A DNA stretch of 64,000 nucleotides from Chiloscyllium plagiosum. Its lineage: Eukaryota. The notes under the pieces are model-generated. The model did not search any database, was not told where the DNA came from, and saw only the letters and a program-made list of their open reading frames with translations. Location: the NCBI RefSeq assembly GCF_004010195.1, contig NC_057732.1:37326991-37390990 (forward strand). The letters are read 5' to 3'. Below, piece after piece: positions 12,119 to 24,002 of the stretch (positions are counted from its first letter, which is position 1; each line of letters begins with the position of its first letter). The position numbers and the translations under genes are program-made.

Positions 12119-12803
12119 TCCTTTCTAAATTTAAAATGTGAAATCAAAGATTAATCTGAAAAAAGCTTTGTTTTGTACTTGGCGAAAGGTTTTTTAATTT
12201 GGAGTTTTGATTTAAAAAATACAGGAAGATCAAATTTTTACTTTTCAACTTGAAGGCAGCAGAAATTTAGAACAATTTTTAAACCTTTCCTGAATTCTCA
12301 AGTCTAACATATCTCCAAGCATGGCATTAATCTTTAGAGCGTAAAAATTACCAGAAGTAACAGATAATCAAGGAAAGGATCAGAAATCAGTTGCTATGTA
12401 AATTCCAATTTATCTAAAACTATGACCTTGTACCAAGATACATTCACTGATTATCTTGTTGGGAACTGGGTTTGATACCACCCTTGGGTGACTGCCTGTG
12501 TGGAGTTTGCATGGTTTCCGCTAGGTGCTCTGAATTCTTCTCACCATCCAAAGATGTGCAGGTTAGGCGGATAAACTATGGGAAATGCAGGGTTTGAGTG
12601 TATGGGAGAGTGGGTCTGGGTGGATTGCTGTTCAGAGGGGTGGTGTGGACTTGATGAGCTGAGTGGCCTTCTTCCACATGGTAGGGATTGTCCTTTCTAA
12701 AGTACATCCATTCCTGATTCAGTAATTCCTGCATTTAAATAGTTTCATCCTTGTTTTCTCATGTCATCAGTGCTGTTTTTACATGTAAATCTGATTTAAC
12801 ACA

Positions 12804-13335
12804 GTCAATAGATGTGAAGCTGGAAAAGCACAGCAGATCAGACAGCATCTGAGGAGCAGGAAAGTCAACAGTTCAGGACTGGGGAGGGGTAGGGAGCCCA
12901 GAAGCATATAGAGGGAGGGGGGAATGGGACTTGGGCAGAGAGGGGAGAAGGGTAGGTGTGGTGGTGATAGGTGGATACATGTAGGGGGTTATTGCGATTG
13001 GTCGGTGCGATGGGTGAACACAGCCTGATCCCATGTCCAGCTCCACCCCTCCTCATCGTATTCCTGACCTGATTTAACCTGTCCCTCTTCCTACTCACCT
13101 ATCCACTCCACCATTCCCACTCACCAATCACAATAACCTCCTACCTGCATCCACCTGTCACCATCCCACCCACCCACCCTTTCCCCAGCCCCGCGCTCCT
13201 CCCCAAGCCTGATGAAGGGTTTCAGCCAGAAACGATGACTTTCCCACTCCTCGGACACTGTCTGACCTGCTGTGCTTTTCCAGCTCCACAACTATTGACT
13301 CTAACTTCCGACATCTGCAGGCCTTACTGTCTCCA
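12804..13335. mobile_element. Inverted pair of PLE 3' fragments
   Basis: agtcaatag..aagctggaaaagcacagcag mirrored by ctgctgtgcttttccagctcc..ctattgact; hammerhead-like ctgatgaagggtttcagccagaaac near 13209. Confidence 0.65.
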
Positions 13336-15049
13336 AGTCACTGAAAATCCAACCCTGCTATAACACAGTCAGTCATAAAAGAGATTAAAAATAAAGTTAA
13401 ATTTATGGAGTACCATTTCACATCTCTCATGTCACAAAGTGTGTCATGTCCAATGGATTAAAAGGTAAAGGTAAAGTCATCTCTGTCTTAACAGACCATA
13501 GGGCTGCTCTCTCAATAGAGAGGGATGACTGCTGGTGGTTTAACCTGAGGGTCTCTATATCTGTTGAAAGAGAGGTTGAAAAGGAGAATGTTTCATAATA
13601 ACCTTTGCTGCTGCAGGAATTGAACCCATCATTTTGGATTGCAAACCAACTATCCAGCTAACTGGCTGCTAACTGAATTACAGTACTTAAGAAATCATGT
13701 GGTAATTCACCTTTCTTCTCAATGTCTGTCTACCATCTACAAAGTACAAATCAGGAATATGATGGAATATTCTCCACTTCCAACATTACGAAGCTTGGTA
13801 TTGTGCAGGAAAAGCAACCCTTTGCCACCCTCTTCACCACCTTCAGTATTCACTCTTTTCATCACCAATGCAGAGTGACAGCAGTGTGTACTGTCTATAT
13901 GATATGCTTCAGTAACTCACCAAGACTCCTGCTATAGCACTTTCAACACCCATGACCTCAACCACTGCAAGGGCAGCATGTGCATGGGAAAACTATTACC
14001 TGCAAGTTCCTCTCTAATCCACATAGCACCTGTCTTAGGAACTATACTCTTTTACTGTCACTGGATTGAAATCCTGGAACTCCCCTTCTAACAACCCTCT
14101 GGGTGTCATCCTGAAGACTGCAGAACAAGACAGCAGCACACCAATACCTTCAAAAGCAATTAGGGATTGGTAACGTGATTGTGATGTCCACATCTCATGT
14201 TTTAAAAGAAATACAAAAGGCACGGTCAAATATAATTTTAAATCTGACCAAAAATTTGATCTGAGTTAGGTTTAAAGGAATATGATAAAAGACAGGCACA
14301 CAGATAGTGAGGTGTAGAGATGGAATTCCAGACTTACAACTAAGACCAATGGAGGCACAGTCACGAATTTTAGGCAAGAGGGTTAATCGAGAGCAAATTT
14401 GGAGTACAGATCAGGGGGTTGTAAAGCCAGAGAGGGCAGGAAGGCTACTGATGAGTTTGAAACATTGAGATTTTATTTATTAAAAAGGCATTGCCAAACC
14501 AGAAGCCTGTTTTATGTCTGTTTGCAAAAAGGGCGATGAGTGATCAGAGTGCATTGAGAGAGTGACAGAAATTAAGAGTTCTACTTCAGACTTTTCATTA
14601 TCAAACTGTTTTGAAAGGGCAGGAAATCATAACATCATACATACCATGATAATTAGTACGTTAAAACAATCAAATAGAACCTGTTCTATTATATATGTTC
14701 AGTTTAAAAGAATTAAAATGTTTACTTGAACCCAATGCAAATATATTTTAATGGATAGAAAGGTTTAGAGGGATATTAGCCAAATGGAACTAGCTCAGTT
14801 TTGGGAACCTGGTCAGCATGAACGAGTTAAGCCAAAGGGTCTGTTTCTGTGTTGTATGACTCTATAACTATGTACATCAGCTTCACTCATTTAGTCCAGT
14901 TCCTAATCCATTAATTCATGCAATTATTCACATGGATAGTGAGTAAAAAGACATTTTTCAGGGATTTTAAAATTTGAGACCATGCTCTTTTCCATATCTG
15001 TAAGTGAAGAATTTTGGAAGCAGGTCTACAAAACCATAAAAATGTTGGC

Positions 15050-15890
15050 CCTGGAAATTTCCTGGAGTGGTCCAGGAAATGGCTGATGAAATTCAATGTG
15101 AGCAAGTGCGAGGTCTTTCACTTTGGAAAAAACGAATACAGGCATGGACTATTTTTTAAATGGTGAGAAAATTCATAAAACCAAAGTACAAAGGGATCTG
15201 GAAGTGCTAGTCCAGGATTCTCTAAAGGTTGATTTGCAGGTTGAGTCTGTGATTAAGAAAGCAAATGTAATGTTATCATGTATCTCAAGAGGGTTGGAAT
15301 ATAAAAGCAGCGATGTGCTTCTGAGACTTTATAAAGCTCGAGTTGGGTCCCATTTAGAATATGGTGTCCAATTTTGGGCCCCACACCTTAGGAAGGACAT
15401 ACTGGCACGGAGCATGTCCAGCGGAGATTCACACGGATGATCCCTGGATTGGTAGGCCTAACATATGACGATCGGCTGAGGATCCTGGGATTGTATTCAT
15501 TACAGTTTAGAAGATTGAGGGGAGATCTAATAGAAACTTACAAGGTAATGCATGGCTTAGAAAGGGTGGACGCTGGGAAGTTGTTTCCATTAGGTGGGGA
15601 GAGTAGGACATAGCCTTAAAATTAGAGGGGGTCAATTTCGAACAGAAAAGAGGAGAGATTTCTTCAGCCAGAGAATGTTGGGCCTGTGGAATTCATTGCC
15701 ACGGAGCGCAGTAGAGGCTGGGACGTTGGGGCTCTTCAAGGCAGAGATTGATAAATTCTTGATCCCACAAGGAATTAAGGGCTACAGGGGAGTGCAGGTA
15801 ACTGGAATTGAAACGCTCATCAGCCATGATTAAATGGCGGAGTGGACTCGATGGGCCGAATGGCCTTGCTTCCACTCCTATGTCTTATGG
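15050..15890 (+). mobile_element. CR1 LINE 3' fragment
   Basis: RDLEVLV...LYKARVGSHLEYGVQFWAPHLRKDI; CR1 3' tail. Confidence 0.85.
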
Positions 15891-18640
15891 TATAACAGTT
15901 CAGAGGAATACCAAGTTTAGCTGAGTGATAACAAAAAAATACAGCTAAATATTGCTTAATGCAATTTCTGAAGCGATCAAGAATTCCAGAGGAAAGGAAC
16001 AGGTGTTGTTTTAAATTCAGTACATCACAGGTAGGTTGCAGTGCCAACTTTCTGGCATGAGGAAAAAGAACTAAACTTTGGTAAATTCATTCTGCAGCAT
16101 TGAATAAAAGATTCAGATGAATATTTAAAGACAATTTGAAGACAAGCATCCAAGCACTGAATATAATCTTCAATAATCAATCAGGATGATAACAATTGCA
16201 TCAAATGTGTGGGGGAAAAATGTTTACTGAACTGTTCCTGGATCCAGCTTACTCTTCAAATACTCTGGCCAGAATTGACCTCACTGTCACATAATACAGC
16301 CAAATATGTAAAATCTCAATATAAGTCTGTACAACAGGAAAGAGTTGGATATCTTAAACTGCAGTTATGAATCAATAAATCCAATTTTAGAAACCATTCT
16401 TTTCAAGCTACAGGAAATGCATGAACATTTAAGAAAATGTGATCCACCTGACATTTGTAAATCATAGTCATATAGCACAAAAACAAACCCTTCTGTCCAA
16501 CTCGTCCATGTTGAACAAGTTTCCCAAACTAAACTAGTCCCATTTGCCCATGTTTGGCCCATATCCCCTGCAGACCGTTGCTATTCATTTACTTGTCAAA
16601 ATGTCTTTTAAGTGTGGTAACTGCAGCTGTCACTTCTAAGGCATTTCACATATGAACTACCCTGTGCATGAAAAAAAATTGTCCCTCAGGTCGCTTTTAA
16701 ATCTTTCTCCTTGTGCCTTAAAAATATTGGAGACCTTACAGTGCGTAAACAGGCTATTTGGCCCAACAAGTTCACACTGACCCTCCAAAGAATAACCCAT
16801 CCAGACCCATTCCCCTATCCTTTTACTCTACATTTACCCCTGACAAATGTACCTACCCTAAGGTAACAGAGGTAGGCAATTAGTACAGGAGTCATCTGTG
16901 GCTATCTCCATTTCAAACAAGTATGCTGTTTTGGAAAATGTAGGGAGTGATGGATTCTCAGGGGAACATAGCATAAACAGCCAAGTTTCTGATATTGAGA
17001 CTGGCTCTAATGCAATGAGGGGAATGTCGGGTTTCAAGAGATTGATTGTGTTAGAGGACTCTTTAGTCTGAGGTACTCACAGACATTTATGGGAATATCC
17101 TCAGTGCAGCTGTAATGCTATCCCTTATCAAAAACTCCGCTCCCCCTCCTCTCTTACCTCCTTTTCTGCAGCGAAAAATCAGAATGGTGTGTTGCTTCCC
17201 TGATGCCAGGATCAAGGATGTCTCAGGATGCAGAGTGTTCTCAAGGGGGAGAGGGGCCAGCAGGGGGTCATTGTACACATTGGAACCAACAACATAGAAA
17301 GGGAAAAGGATGAAATTCTGAAGGGAGATTACAGAGATTTAGGCAGGAATTTAAAAAGGTCATTGAGAATAGTAATATCTGGATTACTCACGGTGCTATG
17401 AGCTAATGAGGGCATGAATAGGAGGATAGAGCAGATGAATTCATGACTGAGGAGCTGGTGTATGGGAGAAGGATTCACATTTTCAGATCATTGGAATCAC
17501 TTTTGGGGTAGAAGTGACCTGTACAAGAAGGATGGATTGCACCTAAATTGGAAGGGGACTAATGTAATGGCAGGGAGATTTATTAGAGCTGCTCGGGAGG
17601 ATTTAAATTAGTAAGGGCGCAGGAGTGGGGTCACGCAGGGGGTTAGTGAGGAAAGAGATCAATCTGAGACCAGTTGACAACAAAGTTGACTCAAATACTC
17701 AGGGACAAAGCAGAGAACAAGGTAGGACTGCTAAATTAAACTGCATTTGTTTCAATGCAAGAGGCCTAACAGGGGAAGGCAGATGAACTCAGGGCATGGT
17801 TAGGAACATGGGACTGGGATATCACAGCAATTACAGAAACATGACTCAGGGTACATTTGTCAGGGACTGGCAGCTTAATGTTCTAGGATACAAATGCTAC
17901 AAGGAGGGCAGAAAGGGAGGTAAGAGAGGAGGGGGAGCGGAGTTTTTGATAAGGGATAGCATTACAGCTGTACTGAGGATATTCCCAGAAATACATCCAG
18001 GGAAGTTATTTGAGTGGAACTGAGAAATAAGAAAGGGATGGTCACCTTATTGGGATTATAGACCCCCTAATAGTCAGAGGGAAATTGAGAAACAAATTTG
18101 TAAGGAGATCTTGGTTATCTGTAAGAATATTAGGGTGGTTATGGTAGGGGATTTTAACTTTCCAAACATAGACTGGGATTGCCATAATGTTAAGGGTTTA
18201 GATGGAAAGGAATTTGTTAAGTGTGTACAAGAAAATTTTCTGATTCAGTTATGTGGATGTACCTACTAGAGAAGGTGCAAAATTTGACCTACTCTTGGGA
18301 AATAAGACAGGGCAGGTGACTGGGGTGTCAGTGGGGCAGCACTTTGAGGAAAAGTTGAAGTTCTAAATCGGAGGAATGCCAATTTTGACAGTATTTGGCA
18401 AGAACTTTCAAAAGCTGAATGGGGTAGATGTTCACAGGTAAAGGGACAGCTGAAAAATGGGAAGCCTTCAAAAATAAGATAACGAGAGTTAGAGTGAAAG
18501 GAAAGGCTGGTAAGTATAGAATGCTGGATGACTAAAGAAATTGAGGGCTTGGTTAAGGAAAAGAAGGAAGCATATGTCAGGAATAGACAGAATAGATCAA
18601 GTGAATCCTTAGGGAGGTACAAAGGCAGTAGGAATATACT

Positions 18641-20008
18641 TAGAGTCTTAGTCATAGAGATGTACAGCATGGAAACAGACCCTTCAGTCCAACCCGTCAA
18701 TTGCCGACTAGATATCCCAACACAATCTAGTCCCACCTGCCAGCACCTGGCCCATATCCCTCCAAACCTTTCCTATTCATATACCCATCCAAATGCCTCT
18801 TAAAAGTTGCAATTGTACCAGCCTCCACCACTTCCTCTGGCAGCTCATTCCATACCTATACCATCCTGTGTGAGAAAAAGTTGCCCCGTAGATCTCTTTA
18901 GGGCCCTCTCACCCTAAACCTATGCCCTCTAGTTCTGGACTCACCAACCCCAGGGAAAAGACTTTGTCCATTTATCCTATCTATGCCCCTCATAATTTTG
19001 TAAACCTCTACAAGGTCACCCCTCAGCCTCCGACACTCCAGGGAAAACAGCCCCAGCCTGTTCAGCCTCTCCCTATAGTTTAGATCCTCTAACCCTGGCA
19101 ACATCCTCGTAAATCTTTTCTGAACCCTTTCAAGTTTCACAACATCTTTCCGATAGGAGGGCGACCAGAATTGCACGCAAAATATTGCAACAGGGGCCTA
19201 ACCAATGTCCTGTACAGCTGCAACATGACCTCCCAGCTCCTGTAGGAGAAAGTGAGGACTGCAGATGCTGGAGATCAGAGCTGAAAATGTGTTGCTGGAA
19301 AAGCGCAGGTCAGGCAGCATCCAAGGAGCAGGAGAATCGACGTTTCGGGCATGAAGCCTTCTTCAGGAATGAGGAAGGTGTGCCAAGCAGGCTAAGATGA
19401 AAGGTAGGGAGGAAGGACTTGGGGGAGGGGCGTTGGAAATGCGATAGGTGGAAGGAGGTTAAGGTGGAAATGAGATAGGAGGTTAAGGTGTAAATGCGAT
19501 AGGTGGAAAGAGGTTAACCTCCTTCCACCTATCATATTCCCAACACCCCTCCCCCAAGTCCGTCCTGCCTACCTTTTATCTTAGGCTACTCGGTACACCT
19601 TCCTCATTCCTGAAGGGCTCATGCCCGAAACGTCAATTTTCCTGCTCCTTGGATGCTGCCTGACCTGCTGTGCTTTTCAAGTAACACATTTTCAGCTCCC
19701 AATTCCTGTACTTAATATTCTGACTAATAAAAGAAAGCATACTAAACGCCTTCTTCACTATCCTATCTACCTGCGACTCCACTTTCAAGGAGCTATGAAC
19801 CTGTACTCCAAGGTCTCTTTGTTCAGCAACACTACCTAGGACCTTACCATTAAATGTATAAGTCCTGCTAAGATTTGCTTTCCCAAAATGCAGCACCTCG
19901 CATTTATCTGAATTAAACCCCATCTGCCACTTCTCAGCCCATTGGCCCATCTGGTCAAGATCCTGTTGTAATCTGATGTAACCCTCTTCACTGTCGACTG
20001 TACCTCTA
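18641..20008 (-). mobile_element. CR1 3' fragment nested antisense inside the long CR1
   Basis: ORFs 18898-19176(-) and 19633-19950(-) are CR1 ORF2 C-terminal; the host sequence resumes at aagagggaaatc near 20008. Confidence 0.88.
19245..19695. mobile_element. Inverted PLE 3' doublet nested in the nested CR1
   Basis: Mirror-image arms meeting near 19515; 15-bp TSD with 2 mismatches at 19230-19244 and 19696-19710. Confidence 0.8.
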
Positions 20009-21842
20009 AGAGGGAAATCAGGAGGACAAAAAGGGGAAATGAGATAGCTTTGGCAAATAGGGTTAAGGAGAATCCAAAAGGGTTTTTACAAATATATTAA
20101 GGACAAAAGCATAACTAGGGAGAGAAAGGGCCCCTCAAAAGTCAGCAAGGCGGCCTTTGCATGGAGCCGCAGGCAATGGGGGAAGATACTAAATGAGTAT
20201 TTTGCATCAGTATTTACAGTGGAAAAGGACATGGAAGATACAGAATGTAGGGAAATAGATGGTGACATCTTGAAAAATGTCCATATTACAGAGGAGGACG
20301 TGCTGGATGTCTCGAAATGCATAAAAGTGGATAAATCCCCAGGAACTGATCGGGTGTTACCCTAAAACTCTGTGGGAAACTAGGGAAGTGATTGCTGGCC
20401 TCTTGCTGAGATATTTGTATTGTCGATAGTCACAGGTGACGTGCCGGAAGACTGGAGGTTGGCTAACATGGTGCAACTGTTTAAGAAAGGTGGTAAGGAC
20501 AAGCAAGGGAACTATAGACTGGTGAGCCGGACATCAGTAGTGGGCAAGTTGTTGGAGGGAATCCTGAGGGACAGGATGTACATGTATTTGGAAAGGCAAG
20601 GACTGATTCGGGATACTCAACATGGCTTTGTGCATGGGAAATCATGTCTCATGAACTGGAGTTTTTTGAGGAAGTAACAAAGAGGATTGATTAGGGCAGA
20701 GCATGGACATGATTTATATGGACTTCAGTAAGGCATTCATCAAGGTTCCCCATGGGAGATTGATTAGCAAGGTGAGATCTCATGGAAAAGAGGGAGAACT
20801 AGCTATTTGGATACAGAACTGGCTCAAAGGTGGTGGTGGCGGGTTGATTTTCAGACTGGAGTGCCACTACTTTTCATTGTTTATATAAATGATTTGGATG
20901 TGAGCATAAGAGGTACAATTAGTAAGTTTGCAGATGACACCAAAATTAGAGATGTAGTGGGCAGCGAAGAAGGTTACCTCAGATTACAAAGGGATCTTGA
21001 TCAGATGAGCCAATGGGCTGAGAAGTGGCAGATGGAGTTTAATTTAGATAAATGCAAGGTGCTGCATTTTGGGAAAGCAAATTTTAGCAGGACTTATACA
21101 CTTAATGGTTAGGTCCTAGAGAGTGTTGCTGAACAAAGAGACCTTGGAGTGCAGGTTCATAGCTCCTTGAAAGTGGAGTCGCAGGTAGATAGAATAGTGA
21201 AGAAGGTGTTTGGTATGCTTTCCTTTATTGGTCAGAGTATTGAGTACAGGAGTTGGGAGGTCATGTTGCGGGTGTACAGGACATTGGTTAGGCCACTGTT
21301 GGAATATTGCGTGTAATTCTGGTCTCCTTCCTACTGGAAAGATGTTGTGAAACTTGAAACGGTTCAGTAAAGATAGGATGTTGTCAGGGTTTGAAGATTG
21401 GAGCTATAGGGAGAGAGAGTGAAAAGACTGAGGCTGTTTTCCCTGGAGCGTCAGAGGCTGAGGAGTGGCCTTATAGAGGTTTACAAAATTATGAGGGGCA
21501 TGGTCAGGATAAACAGGCAAAGTCTATTCCCTGGGGTCAGGGAGTCCAGAACTAGAGGGCATAGGTTTAGTGTGAGAGGGGAAAGATACAAAAGAGACCT
21601 ACGGGGCAACGTTTTCACACAGAGGATGGTATGGGTATGGAATGAGCTGCTAAATGAAGTGGTGGAGCCAGGTACAATTGCAACATTTAAAAAGGTATCT
21701 GGATGGGTATATGAATAGGAAGGGTTTGGAGGGATATGGGCCAGGTGCTGGTAGGTGGGACTAGATTGTGTTGGGATATCTGGTCGGCATGGACTATTTG
21801 GACCAAAGGGTTTGTTTCTGTGCTGTACATCTCTATGACTCC

Positions 21843-22056
21843 ACACATTCCTGAACACTATGGACAATTTAGCATGGCCAATTCACCTAGCTTGCACATC
21901 TTTGAATTGTGGAAGGGAACAGGAGCACCCAGAGGAAACCCACGCAGACATAGGGAGAATGTGTGAACTCCACACGGACGCCAGAGGCTGGAATCGAACC
22001 CGGGTCCCTGGAGCTGAGAGGTAGTAGTGCTAACCACTGAGCCACTGTGCCACACC
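21843..22056 (-). mobile_element. HE1-type SINE (partial)
   Basis: V-SINE head and core. Confidence 0.8.
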
Positions 22057-22797
22057 AAATATGCCCTCTCGTTTTGAACTCCACTATCCTCAGGTTAAAA
22101 AAAAACATTTGCTATTCACCTTATGTATGGCCTTCATGATTTTATATATGTCTACTTACATTAACATTTATAATGGAAATTACACAAACATAACCAGATT
22201 AACTTTACTACCACTAGTAGAAAGCACAATTATAGTAGGACCAGTTTACATTCAGAAGCTTCAAATAGAATAAGAAATCGTATGTCTAAAATGGGGACTC
22301 AATTCTATGTGCACATCAATTCTTATATTTCTACTTGCTGCTTCATTGGACGATTAAAGTTAGATTACAATTGCTCATTACTTCATTCACTGGGGCTTGA
22401 TTTAATCAAAGAAACCTATATAAAATGAACACAATTTCAAAAATAATTAGTTGTCAAACATTGCGATAGTTACTCCTGGATGACTGATCTGCTTTACTTC
22501 CTTTTCAATTAGTTTGGAAATATCTGGTTGGGTAGTGACAAGTACTCCATGAAAATAATTTGCAAGAATAGCTCAGCAGCTATCAAAGAGGGCAATATAG
22601 AAAGAGGTAAACCTATAAGACTGTGGGAGGAAAAAGGTCTTGTAGAGAAACTACAACAATTGAAATAAAGAGTTCATGATCAATAACATTCAAGGGCTAG
22701 AATAAAAAGTCTGCAAAATAAGAGATCAAAGCAAATCACACACAATAATTGGAAAGAGAAAATAAAAACAAATACCTTGTTATTTAAAAAAAAACAC

Positions 22798-22803
22798 TTT
22801 ATT
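22798..22803 (-). terminator. Candidate distal CALU polyadenylation signal (AATAAA)
   Basis: Plus-strand tttatt, followed on the minus strand by U/GU-rich sequence. Implies a 3'UTR of about 4.2 kb. Proximal candidates at 26521-26526 and 26228-26233. Confidence 0.45.
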
Positions 22804-23267
22804 GAGGATTAGGATTCAATTCAAAGCAGACACAGGCAAACATTTTACATGAAGAAAATGTGCTCGTGTAGACATATCAAAAACGTGCAATTTACTGATA
22901 CTTCAAGTACAGTGTGAGTAACAGCTCAGACCCGCCCTCTAGCCTTAGACAGCAAATCCAGACGTTTAAATGGATTTGCAAAAAAATACACAGACATGTG
23001 CTGAATATGCACTGCAACTGATTTTTCTACAATATCCCACCTGCCCAGTCATGATAAACATAGTTCACTTTACAAAGCATACATCTACTCCTCTCACCCA
23101 GCACCTGATGCAGTCTGATTAGTTTAAGCAGCAGATTTGCACCTCCATCTCAAACTAAAATTATCTATTGATTCATTCTCCTGTATTTTCTCTCCTTACA
23201 AACTGCTGGTATTTCCTGGGATAGATTTTGACAGGCAATAGTTACACACCAACACATTTCTAACATA

Positions 23268-23393
23268 CGATTCCTGATGAAGGGCTTACGCCAGAAACAT
23301 CGATTCTCCTGCTCTCAGATGCTGCTTGACCTGCTTTCAAGCACCACACTCAACTCTAATCTCCAACATCTGCAGTCCTCACTTTCCCCTAGT
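23268..23393 (+). mobile_element. Ultrashort hammerhead-headed PLE fragment
   Basis: 14-bp TSD acatttctaacata at 23254-23267 and 23394-23407. Confidence 0.8.
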
Positions 23394-23659
23394 ACATTTC
23401 TAACATAACTAAAGTCATAAATGGGTGATAAGTGTTGAGCATCAATTGAACTCTGGAGGCATCACACTTCAGCCCAAATGAGACCATTACATGATATTTC
23501 AAATTGCTGTCATACAATGGATGGAACTTCATTTTGATCTCTTCTTTCAAAAGAAGACAAATCTCTCTCAAAGCACTGATATTCTAAGTCTATCGAGGTG
23601 TGTAACAATTAAATTAGATTTAATCAATATTTAAAAAGGTTTGACAAAATCTAAATGAA

Positions 23660-24002
23660 GGGCTGAAAATGTGTTGCTGGAAAAGCGCAGGTCAGGCAGC
23701 ATCCAAGGAGCAGGAGAACCGACGTTTTGGGCAAGAGTCCTTCAGGAATGAGGAAAGTGTGCCCAGCAGGCTAAGATAAAAGGTAGGCAAGAGGGACTTG
23801 GGGGAGGGGCGTTGGAAATGCGATAGGTGGAAGGAGGTTAAGGTGAGGGTGATAGGCTGGAGTGGGGGCGGAGAGGTCAGGAAGAAGATTGCAGGTTAGG
23901 AAGGTGGTGCTGAGTTCGAGGGTTGGGACTGAGACAAGGTTGGGGAGGGGAAATGAGGAAACTGGAGAAATCGGAGTTCATCCCTTGTGGTTGGAGGGTT
24001 CC
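23660..24002 (-). mobile_element. PLE 3' fragment in the probable CALU 3'UTR
   Basis: GTLQPQGMNSDFSSF as in the copy at 1-480; TSD aaatctaaatgaa at 23647-23659 and 24010-24022. Confidence 0.8.

Larger units (their letters stand above)
16861..21840 (+). mobile_element. Long CR1 LINE (ORF1 SGNH-esterase part + ORF2 APE/RT), degenerate, with nested insertions
   Basis: RMVCCFPDARIKDVS and DGLHLNWKGTN (esterase); VMVGDFNFPNIDW (APE); YMDFSKAF and ISKFADDTKI (RT); ctctatgact tail. Confidence 0.9.
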
